Origin: Marsupella aquatica | Taxonomy: Eukaryota > Plantae > Marchantiophyta | DNA length: 64,000 nt | Reading direction: 5' to 3' | NCBI GenBank assembly: GCA_973895155.1 | Contig: OZ316899.1 | Location: forward strand, 3,369,455 to 3,433,454 | Shown: positions 22,669 through 34,600 of the stretch, piece by piece | Numbering within the stretch: the stretch's first letter is position 1 | Layout of the letters: every line of letters begins with the position of its first letter | Translations under genes and position numbers: made by a program | The notes under the pieces: generated by a model | What the model was told of the DNA's origin: nothing | The model's database searches: none | What the model saw: the letters and a program-made list of their open reading frames with translations, nothing else

Positions 22669-23769
22669 CGGCGGAGTAGGAATAGAGTAGGATTAGGACT
22701 AGCTTAGTCAGGCTCTTGGGACAGGCACCTGCCTTAGGTACAGCTTTGCTGCCGTGCTGTCCAGCCTGCATAGATTAGGATCTTCTAATAAGACACAATC
22801 GTTTCTGGCCTGACTGTCAGCTTAGTTAGGACCGTAGTCAGTGAATCTTCGGCGAGAGGACACCCCGTCCCTCGGCCCTTAGTATTTAGTGCACCCCTCG
22901 GTAGAGTCGAGGGGGGGGGGGGGGTTTAGTTGCAAAGTTGGGCGTCCGCGGTATGTGCGGGGAGTCCCGACCTCTGGGAATGAAAGAGTACCAAGGGGAG
23001 GGGGTAGGACTAAGCTCGTCGGGCGAGTGCGGAGCCGGGCTCCGTTGTAGTGTGCACCCTCGGCCTTGAACCTGTTCATTTCGAGGCTGTCGGGTCAACT
23101 AAGTGTACGCATATGTTCCCTTTGTAGTAAAATCCTTTCCCATCATTTTCCTTCGTGTAAATAGAGATTGTATGCATGTGCGCGTGTATGTGTGTGGGTT
23201 TCTCGTATATGGGTGGCAGCGCCAGGCCGAACGCACTACCCGAGACGTGCACAGGGTGCAGCCTGCGGGTAAGTGGTTGCAAGCACGGGTTGAGGACCTG
23301 TATCATCGAATCCGGATCGAAGGCGGACAGCACGAAGGCTTAGAAGTCCTTAAGCCGGGGTCGATCCTGCTATCGACTAAGGTACGTTCCGGCGGCGGAA
23401 CACAAACCATACCTAGGAGGTGTCCGTATTTAGCAGTATGTGCACTTAGCGCTAGTTTATGAGAATAAGGTGCATTACGTGCTTCCCTTCCTGCCCGAAC
23501 CCTCAGATTTACGAGGGATGTGCCCGTCTAAGCTGAAGTCTAAGTTAAGGCCGCAGCCGATGACGTGACAGCGCGCTAAGCGTTGGCGGCTAGGGGTGAC
23601 CAACGGGAGGGGAGACCAGAGGAGGAGAGGGGTAAGGACCGCTCACGAGGAATAGTGGTTCATTTGCAAGAACAAACTGGGCAGACGACTACGAGAGGCC
23701 AAATGCTGTCAGCTGCTTAGACAAGCACTCGGGGTGGGAACAGATACCAATGATCGACTCAAGGAGGGT

Positions 23770-26700
23770 ATGAGCAACGTCAATCAGGCGGCACATTTTT
23801 GGGGATGCCTGTTCGAACGGGCAGGTGAGTACGTCAGGACTTACGAGGACGAAGAATCAGAGAGAGCAGCTCAAGAACGGCAGGACCTTGCTCGGCTCTG
23901 GGAACTGAAGAAGACGGCTTTCTTAGGAGGAGAACTTATCAAGGCCGAGCTCTTGTGGACTCCTACTGCCAATCAGCGCAACGACCTTCTATTTTGTGAA
24001 AACAGAATCGTCGGCATCCGGGAAGCCATAAATCGCTGCAACGACCTACACTGGGAGTTGAAGGGTAACACGGAGGGGTGGACGAAGGCAACCTTGCTAG
24101 GAGAAACATCCACGGCAGCCGAGATGAAGAGGAAAGGAAACAACAACGAAGAGGCCACACCGGCAAAAAGAACAAGGTTGGCGGCACCTAGGAAGCTAGC
24201 AGAGCAGTAGAGCAGCAGAGCAGGACAAGGGGAGAAGCCGACGAGGAAGAGGTCGATCCCATCAATGCCATTCCAACAAACAATGACACCTGGAAAGGTT
24301 GGGCGGCGACCCTACCGGAGGAAGTGCAATTACACTTTGCACAGGAGGAGGATGCATGCTTTACGGCCATGCAGACCAAGAAGTACCAAGGCTTCATGGC
24401 CGGATCCGGCTTGGAAGCCTTCGTAAGATTACCATGGCTGAAGCCGGAGGTGTCGGACTCAGACTTATTAGAATTCGTGGGATCATGGGAACCCGAGACC
24501 AATTCCACGAGTGTGTATGGGAAGGATTTCTATCTCACTCCCCGGGTGATTGCTGAGGTGTTTGGCTTGCCGATGGGTAATAAGACCAAGGTTGATACCA
24601 GGAAGACCTTACCTGACAAGGAGTTCCGGTCGTTCCCAGGACCATCAACAAAGAATGGCTTCTTCCGGAACACCTGCACCAACCCGCACATCGGAGAGAT
24701 GATCAATTTCTTGAGAGTGATCATGCACTGTAACTTGCCGAGGGCAGAGATCGGCAAGGCTCAGGTCTACCTGGCAGAAAGGCCAGACCCAAGCCGGGAT
24801 TACAACGGGTACCTCCTCAACCAATTGAAGAAGATCTTGAAGGAGGAACAACAGGTGATCGGCGTGGGAAGCGTGTCCCGACTTGGCTATCACATGCCGC
24901 TGTTGTGCCGGTATGCCAGAAGTCAAATCTTTGCCCCAGTACTTCCCCTACCGGCAAGGGCACCGGAGGAGGTCCCGGAGTAGAGGCCGGCACCAGAGAA
25001 GCCCAACCAGCCCAACAGTCCAATGATCAAGCAAGTGTTTAGGCCAAGGAAAGAAGACTTGCCGATGCAGCAACCAGGCATGCAAAATCTGCTGAAATTG
25101 CTGGAGAAGGAAAAGAGAACGGTTCCGGCAATGGCAACGGCAATGGCAACGGCACCGATACAAGACGCTGCCCCAGAAGTCGACCTAAGCCGACTCAGAA
25201 GGGAAGATCCCTTTACCGGAACCAAGGAGAGATTGAGGCCGGAACACAAGCCGGGAGTGCGAATGTACGTGGGAGCCTCAAGCCCCGAATCAGAGGCAGA
25301 GGAGCCGGAGTCCAAGTAGTGGAGGAGGCGGTGGAGGACTACAGCAATGATAACTCCGACTATGGGTCGGATCATCATGTTCCAGGAGTAAGGACCTGTG
25401 GCCGATTTATCCCCACGCTTCCAAGAGTAGTTTGAGGGGACCCCACCCAGCAGAGTAACCTCGAGTCTCCCCCACCACAGGTTGCTCCCCCGAGCTTTGA
25501 CGGCATAAAGCAAACGGCACAAGAATTTCAGGAGCGACTTAGGGAGGAAGAGAGAGCAGCCCTGGCTAGGGAGAAGGATTTACCAGGAGGAGATTGGCCG
25601 GAGGACATCAGGCGGCTTGCCAAAAAAAGAAGCAACCCTCTTGCCACCGTAGAAGAAATCTGCAAGACGGCTTGGGAGCAGAGGCCGCGGTGGTTGGTGC
25701 CGATGACTTCTAGTTACTCCACCTATGCTAAGGATAGAGCCATGGAGTACGGGGAGATGTGTGGGGACCTGGCGCTCAGCATCTTTGGGGAGGAGTTGGA
25801 GTAGGGACCCTTTTTCTAGAGGGAGATGTTGGAAAAGCACCGATTAGAAGAAGCGGTGGCTTTGGAGAGAAGCAAGAAGGACGAGGTCATCCGACGGCTT
25901 AGGGAGAAGGAAGCCAAGATGGAAGACCTGCAGGTGGCCAAGAAAGCCCAAGATGAGTTGCGGATTAAGCGGCATGAGCTAAACATCATGCAGGGGCAGT
26001 TGGATACCGCTCAGTCTGACAATAAGATTATCAAAGATAAACTGACTCGGACCCAAGGAGAGTTGGTCGGCGCAGTCAAGGAGAGAGAGAAATGGAAGCG
26101 GGAGCTAAGGGATGCAGAGGAAGCCCACTTAGCAACCAACAATCGGGCCATGGCAGAGACTCAGAGAAGGGAGAGGGCGTTGAAAGGAGAGCTCAAAGAT
26201 ATCCGTGGAGCCCTTGAGCATAAGGAAGCAGAGTTAGGGAAATCCTATCAAGGGATTATTGCGCTGCAGCAGGAGCTTGCGTCGACCTGCGTGAAAAGGC
26301 CGACCAGCTCGACCAGACTTATGCCAAGATGAATAAGATGGAGTCTGTGGCGTCGCAGAGCTCGACAAGGAGCTAAGAGCAACCCAGGAGGAGAGGGTTA
26401 CCTTGAAAAAAGAATTGGAGGAAGCCAATAAGGACCTAGAGGAGGCGTGCAAGGACCTAGACGAGACCCAAGAGGAGTTGGAGGAAATCACGAGGAAGAT
26501 GGAGAACCTACAGCGGCGGGCCGACAACCAAACGGAGCGGCTGAAGACACAAGCCGCAGTATTTAAATGCTTGGCTTCATCAGGTCCAACTCCAATTGGG
26601 GGAACCCTGTTACCAGGGGTAGTATTGGCCGAAGGAAAAGCCGTAACACTCACCCCAGTGCCGGAGGTAAGTGGCAAGGGGAAGGAACCGGTTGTCAAAA

Positions 26701-27092
26701 TAGGGAAGAAGAAGAAGCGGAAACCTTCTAGGTTTGGGAGTTATACGGCTTCTCAAGCCGTTATGACCGAGAAGATAAACCCGACACCAACCTCTGGCAT
26801 CGGCATGGCGGTGGATCCACCAGTCCTAGGAAGTGGAGATGGCAAGGCCGAGGCCGGGAGAACCAGTAATGCTGCCGAGGTACCGGATCCTCCACTAGAA
26901 CATACCGGGGAGGCCGTAGCCGTAGCAGAGGCCGTGACCGATGCTGAGGCCGAAGCCAATGGTGGACCCAGTCAGGCCAATGAAGAGTTGACTCGGTCAG
27001 GGGCAGGTAATCTGTCAGAGGACAGACCAACGACAGTGGCTGCGGAGGAAGCGTTGGGGGCGTCCATTGAGGACCAGCCACCGGTGTCGTGA
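23770..27092 (+). pseudogene. Family-A LTR-encoded ORF in the solo LTR (several stops and frameshifts)
   Basis: Pieces 23734-24210, 24324-24983, 25023-25319, 25826-26332 and 26403-27092 are colinear with the 50495 ORF. Ends EDQPPVS*. Confidence 0.85.
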
Positions 27093-28023
27093 TGGTGTAA
27101 GAGCACCATCCCTTTTAGGGAGGGCGGACGTGGAGGTAGGAGGTGTGAGTGGGCAGGGCGGGCGCTGATCTCCAAGTTTAGACTTAGGATCAGGATCAGG
27201 AGACGGCCCTGACACTTAGATTAGTGGGATTTCGGATCCATGGGTGTGGACGACACTTGTGCTCCTGCCTCGCTGTACTTAGGTAGATTACAGTTAGGTA
27301 GATTACAGTAGGTAGATTAGGCTTACGCTGCAAGGAATCAGGCGGATCCACAACCAGGATAAGTACCTGGGCTGCGGGGAGTTCAGGGCCTCTTCTTTAG
27401 CAAGTTTCTAGTTGCACCAGCAGGGCTGGGATCAAGTAGTAAGAGAAGCTCTCGGTTAGTTATACAGTGACCCTTGTGTATATTCATGTTTCCTCATACT
27501 TAAGAACTGAATAGAGTTGGCCTCACGGCTTAGTTCGCAGAGCTTGTGTATGAGATGTACTGTTTGTATGGCAAGTGCATGGTATAACTCAGTCAGAAGG
27601 AGTCATTTTGCTATTTGTGTGTCGCATTAACTTGTGTGAAGAGTGCCCACATCAACTAATAGAGGAATAGAAGTAAACAGGGGAGTGAGAGTTGGATGTG
27701 TCGAGCTGAGAGAGGTCTTAGCGGCTTAACCAAGCCAATTGGGGATCATTCCGGCGGCGGAATGCAAACATACCTAATGGAAGACCAGGAGAGGAATACA
27801 AGGGAGGGACTAGAATAGGCCGGCTAAGTATCTCATGACCCGATGAAGGATCTGTCCAGTATATGTGTGTAAAATGTTAATAGAAGTAGTTGAAGGAGAG
27901 TTAGCAGCGTCCCATGCCGCTAAACCGCGGAAACGGCCTCGCTAAGGATGAAACCTGCGGGAATCAGCTTGAGCAAGGGGGTTTCTTGGGTTTGGGGGGG
28001 CAGGGGACGCACCACAGATCCTT

Positions 28024-29633
28024 TCCTTCTGACTAAGTTATACCATGCATTTGCCATACAAACAGTACTTCTCATACACAAGATCTGCAAACTAAGTCGT
28101 GAGGCCAACTCTATTCATCTCTTAGGCATGAGGAAACATGAATATACACAAGTGTCACAGTATAACTAACCAAGAGATTCTTTTACTACTTGATCCCAGC
28201 CCTGTTGGTGCACTAAAAACTTGCTAAGGAAGAAGGCCCTCAACTCCCCGCTCCCCAGGTATTTATCCTGGCAGTGGATCCGCGTAATTCCTTGCAGCAT
28301 AAGCCTAATGTATACTATGTACAGCGAGGCAGGAGCACAAGTGTTGCTCTTACCAGTGGATCCGCAATCCCACTAATCTAAGTGTCAGGGCCACCTCTTG
28401 GTCCTGATCCTAAGTCTAAACTTGGAGATTTGAGCCCGCCCTGCCCACTCACGCCTCCTCCCTCCACGTCCGCCCTCCTTAAAAGGAGCGGCCCTCCACC
28501 ACCGTCATGGTAGCGATGGCTGATCCTCAATGGACGCCCCCAACGCTTCCTCCGCAACCACTGCCGTAGGTCCATCTTTTGACAGATTACCTGCCTCAGA
28601 CCGAGTCAACTCTCCATCGGCCTGACTGGGTCCACCCTCGGCTTCAGCCTCAACATTGGCCACGCCCTTTAATATGGCTACGGCCTCCCCAACATGCTCT
28701 AGTGGTGGATCCGGTACCCCGGCTTCATCACTGACTGTCCTGGCCTCGGCTTTGCTATCCCTGCCTTCTAGGATAGTTGGATCCTCTACCGTGACCCTCC
28801 CTGAGGTTGGTGTCGGGTTCTCCTTCGTGGTCACAACGGCTTGAGAAGCCGTGTTACTCCCTGACCCAGAAGGTTTTTGCTTCTTCTTCTTCCCTGTTTC
28901 GGCAGCTGGTCCCTTCCCCTTGCCACTTACTTCCGGCACCGGTGCAAGTGTCGCGGCTTGTCCTTTGGCCAGTATACCCCTGGAAACTTGGTTGCCCCAC
29001 TTGGAGTTGGAACTGATGAAGCCAGGCACTTAAATACTGCGGCTTGTTTCTTCAGCCGCTCCGTTTGGTTGTTGGCCCATCGCTGTAAGTTCTCCATCTT
29101 CCTTGTGCTTTCTTCCAACTCCTCTTGCATTTTGTCCAAGTCCTTCCGCGCCTCCTCCAGCTCCTTCTGGGCTTCCTCCAATTCCTTCTGGGCTTCCTCC
29201 AATCCCTTCTTTAAGGTAGCCCTCTCCTCCTGAGTTGCTCTCAACTCCTTGTCGAGCTTTGTCACGACCTCAAACTCCATCTTGTTCATCTTGGCATAAG
29301 TCTGATTGAGCTGGTCATCTTTCTCACGCATGTTGGCCTTGAAGCTAGCCGTCAGGGATGCAAGCTCCTGCTGCAGCACAATAATCCCTTGATAGGATTT
29401 CCCTAACTCGGCCTCCTTCTATTCAAGGGCTCCACGGATATCCTCGAGCTCCCCCTTCAACGCCCTCTCCCTCCTTTGGGTCTCCGCCATGGCCCGATTG
29501 TTGGTTGCAATGTGGGCCTCCTCTGCGTCCCTCAACTCTCGCTTCCACTTCTCCCTTTCCTTGACAGCATCGGCCAACTCCCCTTGGGTTTGAGTTAGTT
29601 TATCCTCGATAATCTGATTATCAGACTGAGCGG
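28024..29633 (-). mobile_element. Internal fragment of a family-A LTR (ORF C-terminal half and start of the non-coding tail)
   Basis: Reverse complement of about 26005-27601. ORFs 28505-29029, 28927-29379 and 29419-29679 match the coiled-coil/C-terminal part. Confidence 0.88.
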
Positions 29634-31596
29634 TATAGTGGTGGACCTTGCCACCCAGCGCCCTCACCAATCCCAACACTCACGCCTAAGTGCCCTTGGT
29701 GCCCGAATGCCTCCACGGAATACCTCGAGCAAGCAACCTAGTGCCCCTTGCACCGCCAGCGGCCCCTCCCATACGAAGCCGCACTTGCTCTCTAACACGA
29801 CCGCTACTCAACGGTCCTCCCTATCTGCACAAGCAACCAAACACCTTGGTAAGTAACCTTTCAGGATCTAGAACTCGCCAAGTCTAGCATCCTAACTCAA
29901 GCTCAACAGACGTTGGTAAATAGGTCAGCGATAGGTCCTCCCAATGCCACAAGCCGGAAACAGAACCCACGCCCGTTGTTCGTCCAAAATAGCTCCTCCT
30001 TGGGCGCGGCCTGGGTTCCCCCTCAACCCTATCCATCACCAACTGACCGCCCTGACCTGAGGACATGCTCATGGCCCAATTAGCGTAGCTTGTCCCAAGC
30101 TTGTCCCAACACGCCGGGACCAAAACGGCCCCGACTCTAGCAACCGCTCCCGGTTTGCCCCACTGGTGGTCTAGGGGCCAAGAACCCTTGGAAATCAGCC
30201 TCCGCACCTACTTGGCCTTGCCTCCCCAACGTAAGCTCCTTTGGGAGACTGAACGCGGCTTGGTTGCTGTTCGGCAGGATTTGGCAAGCGGGCGAGCTAA
30301 CACCCAAAAACCACAAGAACTCACGGCACCCCCAGACTCATCTGAGCTCAGGAGGGCGTAGCCCTTCTCAAGAGCTTTCCAATGCACCTAAGAAGTCCTC
30401 CAACGGACTTCCCGTTGGGAAGATATCGCCATTTCCGTTTGGCACTTTCCCTTAGTGTCGCGACCGCCGCGGCTCACGACTTCGGCTCGTCTTTAGCCCC
30501 CAGGGAGACACCACTCCCCTCATATATGCTTCTGGAGACCTGCCACCCCCGGACTAGCTTTGGTTCCTAACCATTTGGCCCCCAAACCGGATCCCATCGC
30601 GCATAATGGGCGCGCCACCAATTGGCAACGCCCATAACTTTCTTGATAGGCATCCGCAAGCGGAGTGCCTTAGCCCGTTGTCGTGCCAAAACATTTCGGC
30701 TCAGGAATGGCTTTTATAGGGGATGATGGGCGAGGCCTCCCGGTTGGGTTGCGTGCATGCTGACTCGGAGGGGCTGCTTGGTTGGTTGGATTGAGGTTTG
30801 GTGATTGGGTGACTCGTCGTCACCAGGTTTGGTGTTTGGGTGAGTCACCAGGCTTGGATTTTGGATGAGCCTCGCTGCTAGCAGCTGGCTCAGGCTGGAT
30901 GGTTGGGTTTCCGATGCTACTTAAGACTTGAGCCTCGGCTCATTGAGGTTGGCGGTTGTCTATTGAGATCTGTTGAGTTGCATTTTGTGAGTTGCGCTCT
31001 GTTCTGCAGAACTCGACTGTTGTGCGGCGGTTTTGGAGTTCCGAGTGAGTTTTCGATCCAGGCGGGGAATTTCTTGAGTCTGGAGTCTCGTTGATCCAGG
31101 CGGGGATTTCTTGAGTTTAGAGTCTTGTCGATCCAGGTGGGGATTTCTCGAGTTTGGAGTCTTGTCGATCCAGGCGAGGATTTCTCAAGTTTGGGGCCTC
31201 GTTGGTCGAGGCCCAAGTTCCGTGCGAGCTGTTTTAGACTAGTGGAGTAGCTAGTCGAGTTTTTGGTTTTGTGAGCTAAGGAGGATAGTTTTTTCCGTCA
31301 GATTTTGAGTAGTTAGTCACTCGAGGAGTTCTACCCGACAAGTTAGAGGTAGCGGACCGCCGTAGGGCCAGCTACCAGACTCTTGCGGGCAAGCTTACTC
31401 GAGGGCACCTATTGTAACCTTTGTGAGAAAAGTAAAAAATATAAAGGAGTGAGAGTTCGCTCCAAAAAGTGTTTGTCACCTGTCCCGATCGCAGCCAGAA
31501 ACACATAGTTTGCCCGAGGAGCCCCTAACTTTAAGTCCTCGCGACACCGTTGTGACCGGGCCGACCCAGTGCTCATGCCTAGGCCCTCAGGTCTCA
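29634..31596. mobile_element. Unclassified LTR-like repeat (element D)
   Basis: GC-rich non-coding block that truncates LTR-A at 29633 and ends ...GGTCTCA before the duplicated block. Has an LTR-like CTATTGTAA...ATAAAGGAGTGAGAG tract. No TSD or partner found. Confidence 0.35.
31045..31195. repeat. 37-bp tandem repeat, 4 copies
   Basis: GATCCAGG(C/T)G(G/A)GGA(A)TTTCT recurs at 31055, 31093, 31130 and 31167. Confidence 0.9.
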
Positions 31597-31604
31597 TCGT
31601 CGCT

Positions 31605-31646
31605 CTCCTCCTCTCTCTATGTCTCTCCCTCCCTCCCTCCCTCCCT

Positions 31647-31678
<32 letters not shown>

Positions 31679-34600
31679 GGAGAAGTAAAGATATGGCACG
31701 ACTAACATCTACCAAGTAGACTGTACATACCTAACCATAGGCGAGGGAATCTTTGCTACCATAACCACTAGGCACATAAAGTCCCTTTTATGTAATGATG
31801 ATTATATAATACAAAAATGGTTACACTATACGTAGAATACAACAAACATTAAATAGGTAATACTAATTTATGCCAGTGTAAACTACTGTACCTAAATATT
31901 CTTTAAATAGTTGCAACTACCCTTGACCTACCACCCACCTGACGGCAACCCTAAAAATTTAAGCGCCATTTTTCTTAAGACCTAAAACAAAAATTGGGGC
32001 CTTGAGGTCCCCTCCTGCCACTTGACCAAAGTTATATGCCGTAAGAACCCCAGTGTCCACCACACTCTATGAAGCTTTTGATATTCCTGAAAAGTTCAAG
32101 CATGCGCGACAGTGTCCTGATAGTCTGTGCCTGGCTTACTGGCAAGAACTCTGTCCCATAGACTTTTCATGACCAATGAGATAGCAGTCCATAGTCAAGG
32201 ATAGCAAGTTGGCACAAGGGAGACCGTGTACAATGTGGAGTCAGCACTTACCACCGTGGGAAGGAGCACAGCAACAATAGCACCAGGACTCTGCACCTTT
32301 TTTCTCATGGCACAGCCCCAATAGGTATGGCAGCTACACTTAAAGCTTTGATCTTAGACATTTTTTGTCTCGTTCCATTGCTAGTCCAGAGGTAATACAC
32401 GTCTCCCCGTTGCCACCACGGCTACTGGCAGCAGAAACGTGTAGCAGGAATCACAGTTTAAAACTTGGTTCACCCTAAGGATGGGGGCTGAAAGACGACC
32501 TTACGGGAGCATTATGTGTTGTCTCACCCATTTTTCACTCTGGATGAGGGTCCACTTCATACTGCTTGAGTCACAGTACTGATGCACTGCTTGGAGACAT
32601 TGCACTTATTTGTATATAAGGGCTCTTAGAAGAAATACTAACATGCTCATCCTGTATGCTCTGTCTTACTAATGTGGGCCCTGTGATACTGTCTATAACA
32701 AGGATACTCACATCAAGCAACCGGGACAAACAAGCCAATATTCCATAAGATTGCTTTATGTTTGTGATACAGGGGATATATGCTTTGCTAGATACTGTAC
32801 ACTGGCATGGCTAAGTAGAGTGGCTAGAATATATATTTTTTATTGTTCCCTGGACCCCACATTAGCGCAGTATGAATGTACATGAATAAAGAAAAGAAAA
32901 GATAATTATACATCGTGAAAGCGTTTCCCAACAAGATCTTCAACTTTTATATGCTTTCGTTATTTCCTGTCCTCATAAGTCATGTGCCGCTTCACTACCT
33001 ATCATGTTGTACAATGCTTTACCGTGTAGTCTACCTGGATATGAATGGTAAGGTGGATATCTGCGTAAAAACTCTGCCCCACAATTTTCATAGTGATGTA
33101 ATGGTGCGTCTATATCTTATGAACACTTTGCTTTGTTCATGGCCTTGACTGGGTGTTCTACAATTATAAATTACATCTCTCTCTCTCTCTCTCTCTCTCT
33201 TTGTATCATAAGAGGAACATGGTCGATATAGGGGAATAAAGCCAGCATAATGGATAACCCAATATCGGGCATCCTCAATCCTAGGAGGGACTAACCCCCA
33301 GACCAATATAACACATGAAACTTTACATTTGTCAATATTTCAGAGGTATCGGGGACCACCAAATAGGTGGCCGCCTGTCACATCGTCGGCTGCGGCCTTA
33401 ACTCAGACTTCAGCTTAGACGGGCACATCCCTCGTAAATCTGAGGGTTCGGGCAGGAAGGGAAGCACGTAATGCACCTTATTCTCGTAAACTAGCGCTAA
33501 GTGCGCATACTGCTAAATACAGACACCTCCTAGGTATGGTTTGTGTTCCGCCGCCGCAACGTACCTTAGTTGATAGCAGGATCAACCCCGACTTAAGGGC
33601 TTCTAAGCCTTCGTGCTGTCCGCCTTCGATCCGGATTCGATGATACAGGTCCTCAACCCGTGCTCGCAACCACTTACCCGCAGGCTGCACCCTGTGCACG
33701 TCTCGGGTAGTGCGTTCGGCCTGGCGTTGCCACCCATATACGAGAAACCCACACACATACACGCGCACATGCATACAATCTCGATTTACACGAAGGAAAA
33801 TGATGGGAAAGGATTTTACTACAAAGGGAACATATGCGTACACTTAGTTGACCCGACAGCCCCGGAATGAACAGGTTCAAGGCCAAGGGTGCACACTACA
33901 ACGGAGCCCGGCTCCGCACTCGCCCGACGAGCTTAGTCCTACCCCCTCCCCTTGGTACTCTTTCATTCCCAGAGGTCGGGACTCCCCGCACATACCGCGG
34001 ACGTCCAACTCTACAACTAAAAACCCCCCCTGCCTCTACCGAGGGGTGCACTAAATACTAAGGGACGAGGGACGGGGTGTCCTCTCGCCAAAGATTCGCT
34101 GACTAAGGTCCTAACTAAGCTGACAGTCAGGCCGGAAAACGGCTGTGTCTTATTAGAAGATCCTAATCTACGCAGGCTGGACAGCATGGCAGCGCTGCTG
34201 TACCTAAGGCAGGTGCCTGTCCCAAGAGCCTGACTAAGCCAGTCCTAATCCTAATCTATTCCTACTCCGTTGCTAATGCCTGGCACGCTTGCCAGAGCCG
34301 CCCGAATGGGAGCGGCCATCCCGCTGCCTTCGAAGCCTGTCATTGTCCGCCTTGAGGAGCTGGACCTGGTCCAGCAGAGATTCGTTCTCTTGCCTCGCCG
34401 CGTCCGTCTCCTCTGCTGCCTCCTGACATGCCTCCTCCAGCTGCTGGGCGTCGCTCGTCAGTTTACCCGCCAGCTGGTCCTGCTTCTCGGCCTCGGTTTG
34501 GAGCCGCGCCACCTCGGCCTGCAGCGTGGCTATCTCCGCCGTGTCCCGCTGGGCCCGTTCCTCGGCCTCCTCCAGGTCTTTCTGCCAGGTGACGGTTTGA

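Larger units (their letters stand above)
19566..23570 (+). mobile_element. Family-B solo LTR (4005 bp)
   Basis: TGTGACGCC...GACGTGACA ends, TSD GCGCG (19561-19565 and 23571-23575). LTR-A sequence resumes seamlessly after it. No gag/pol inside. Confidence 0.9.
19382..28016 (+). mobile_element. Family-A solo LTR (about 4625 bp) carrying a nested family-B solo LTR
   Basis: Starts TGTGATGCCTAG and ends GGGACGCACCACA, the same ends as the 5' LTR 50119-54780. TSD GATCC at 19377-19381 and 28017-28021. Confidence 0.93.
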
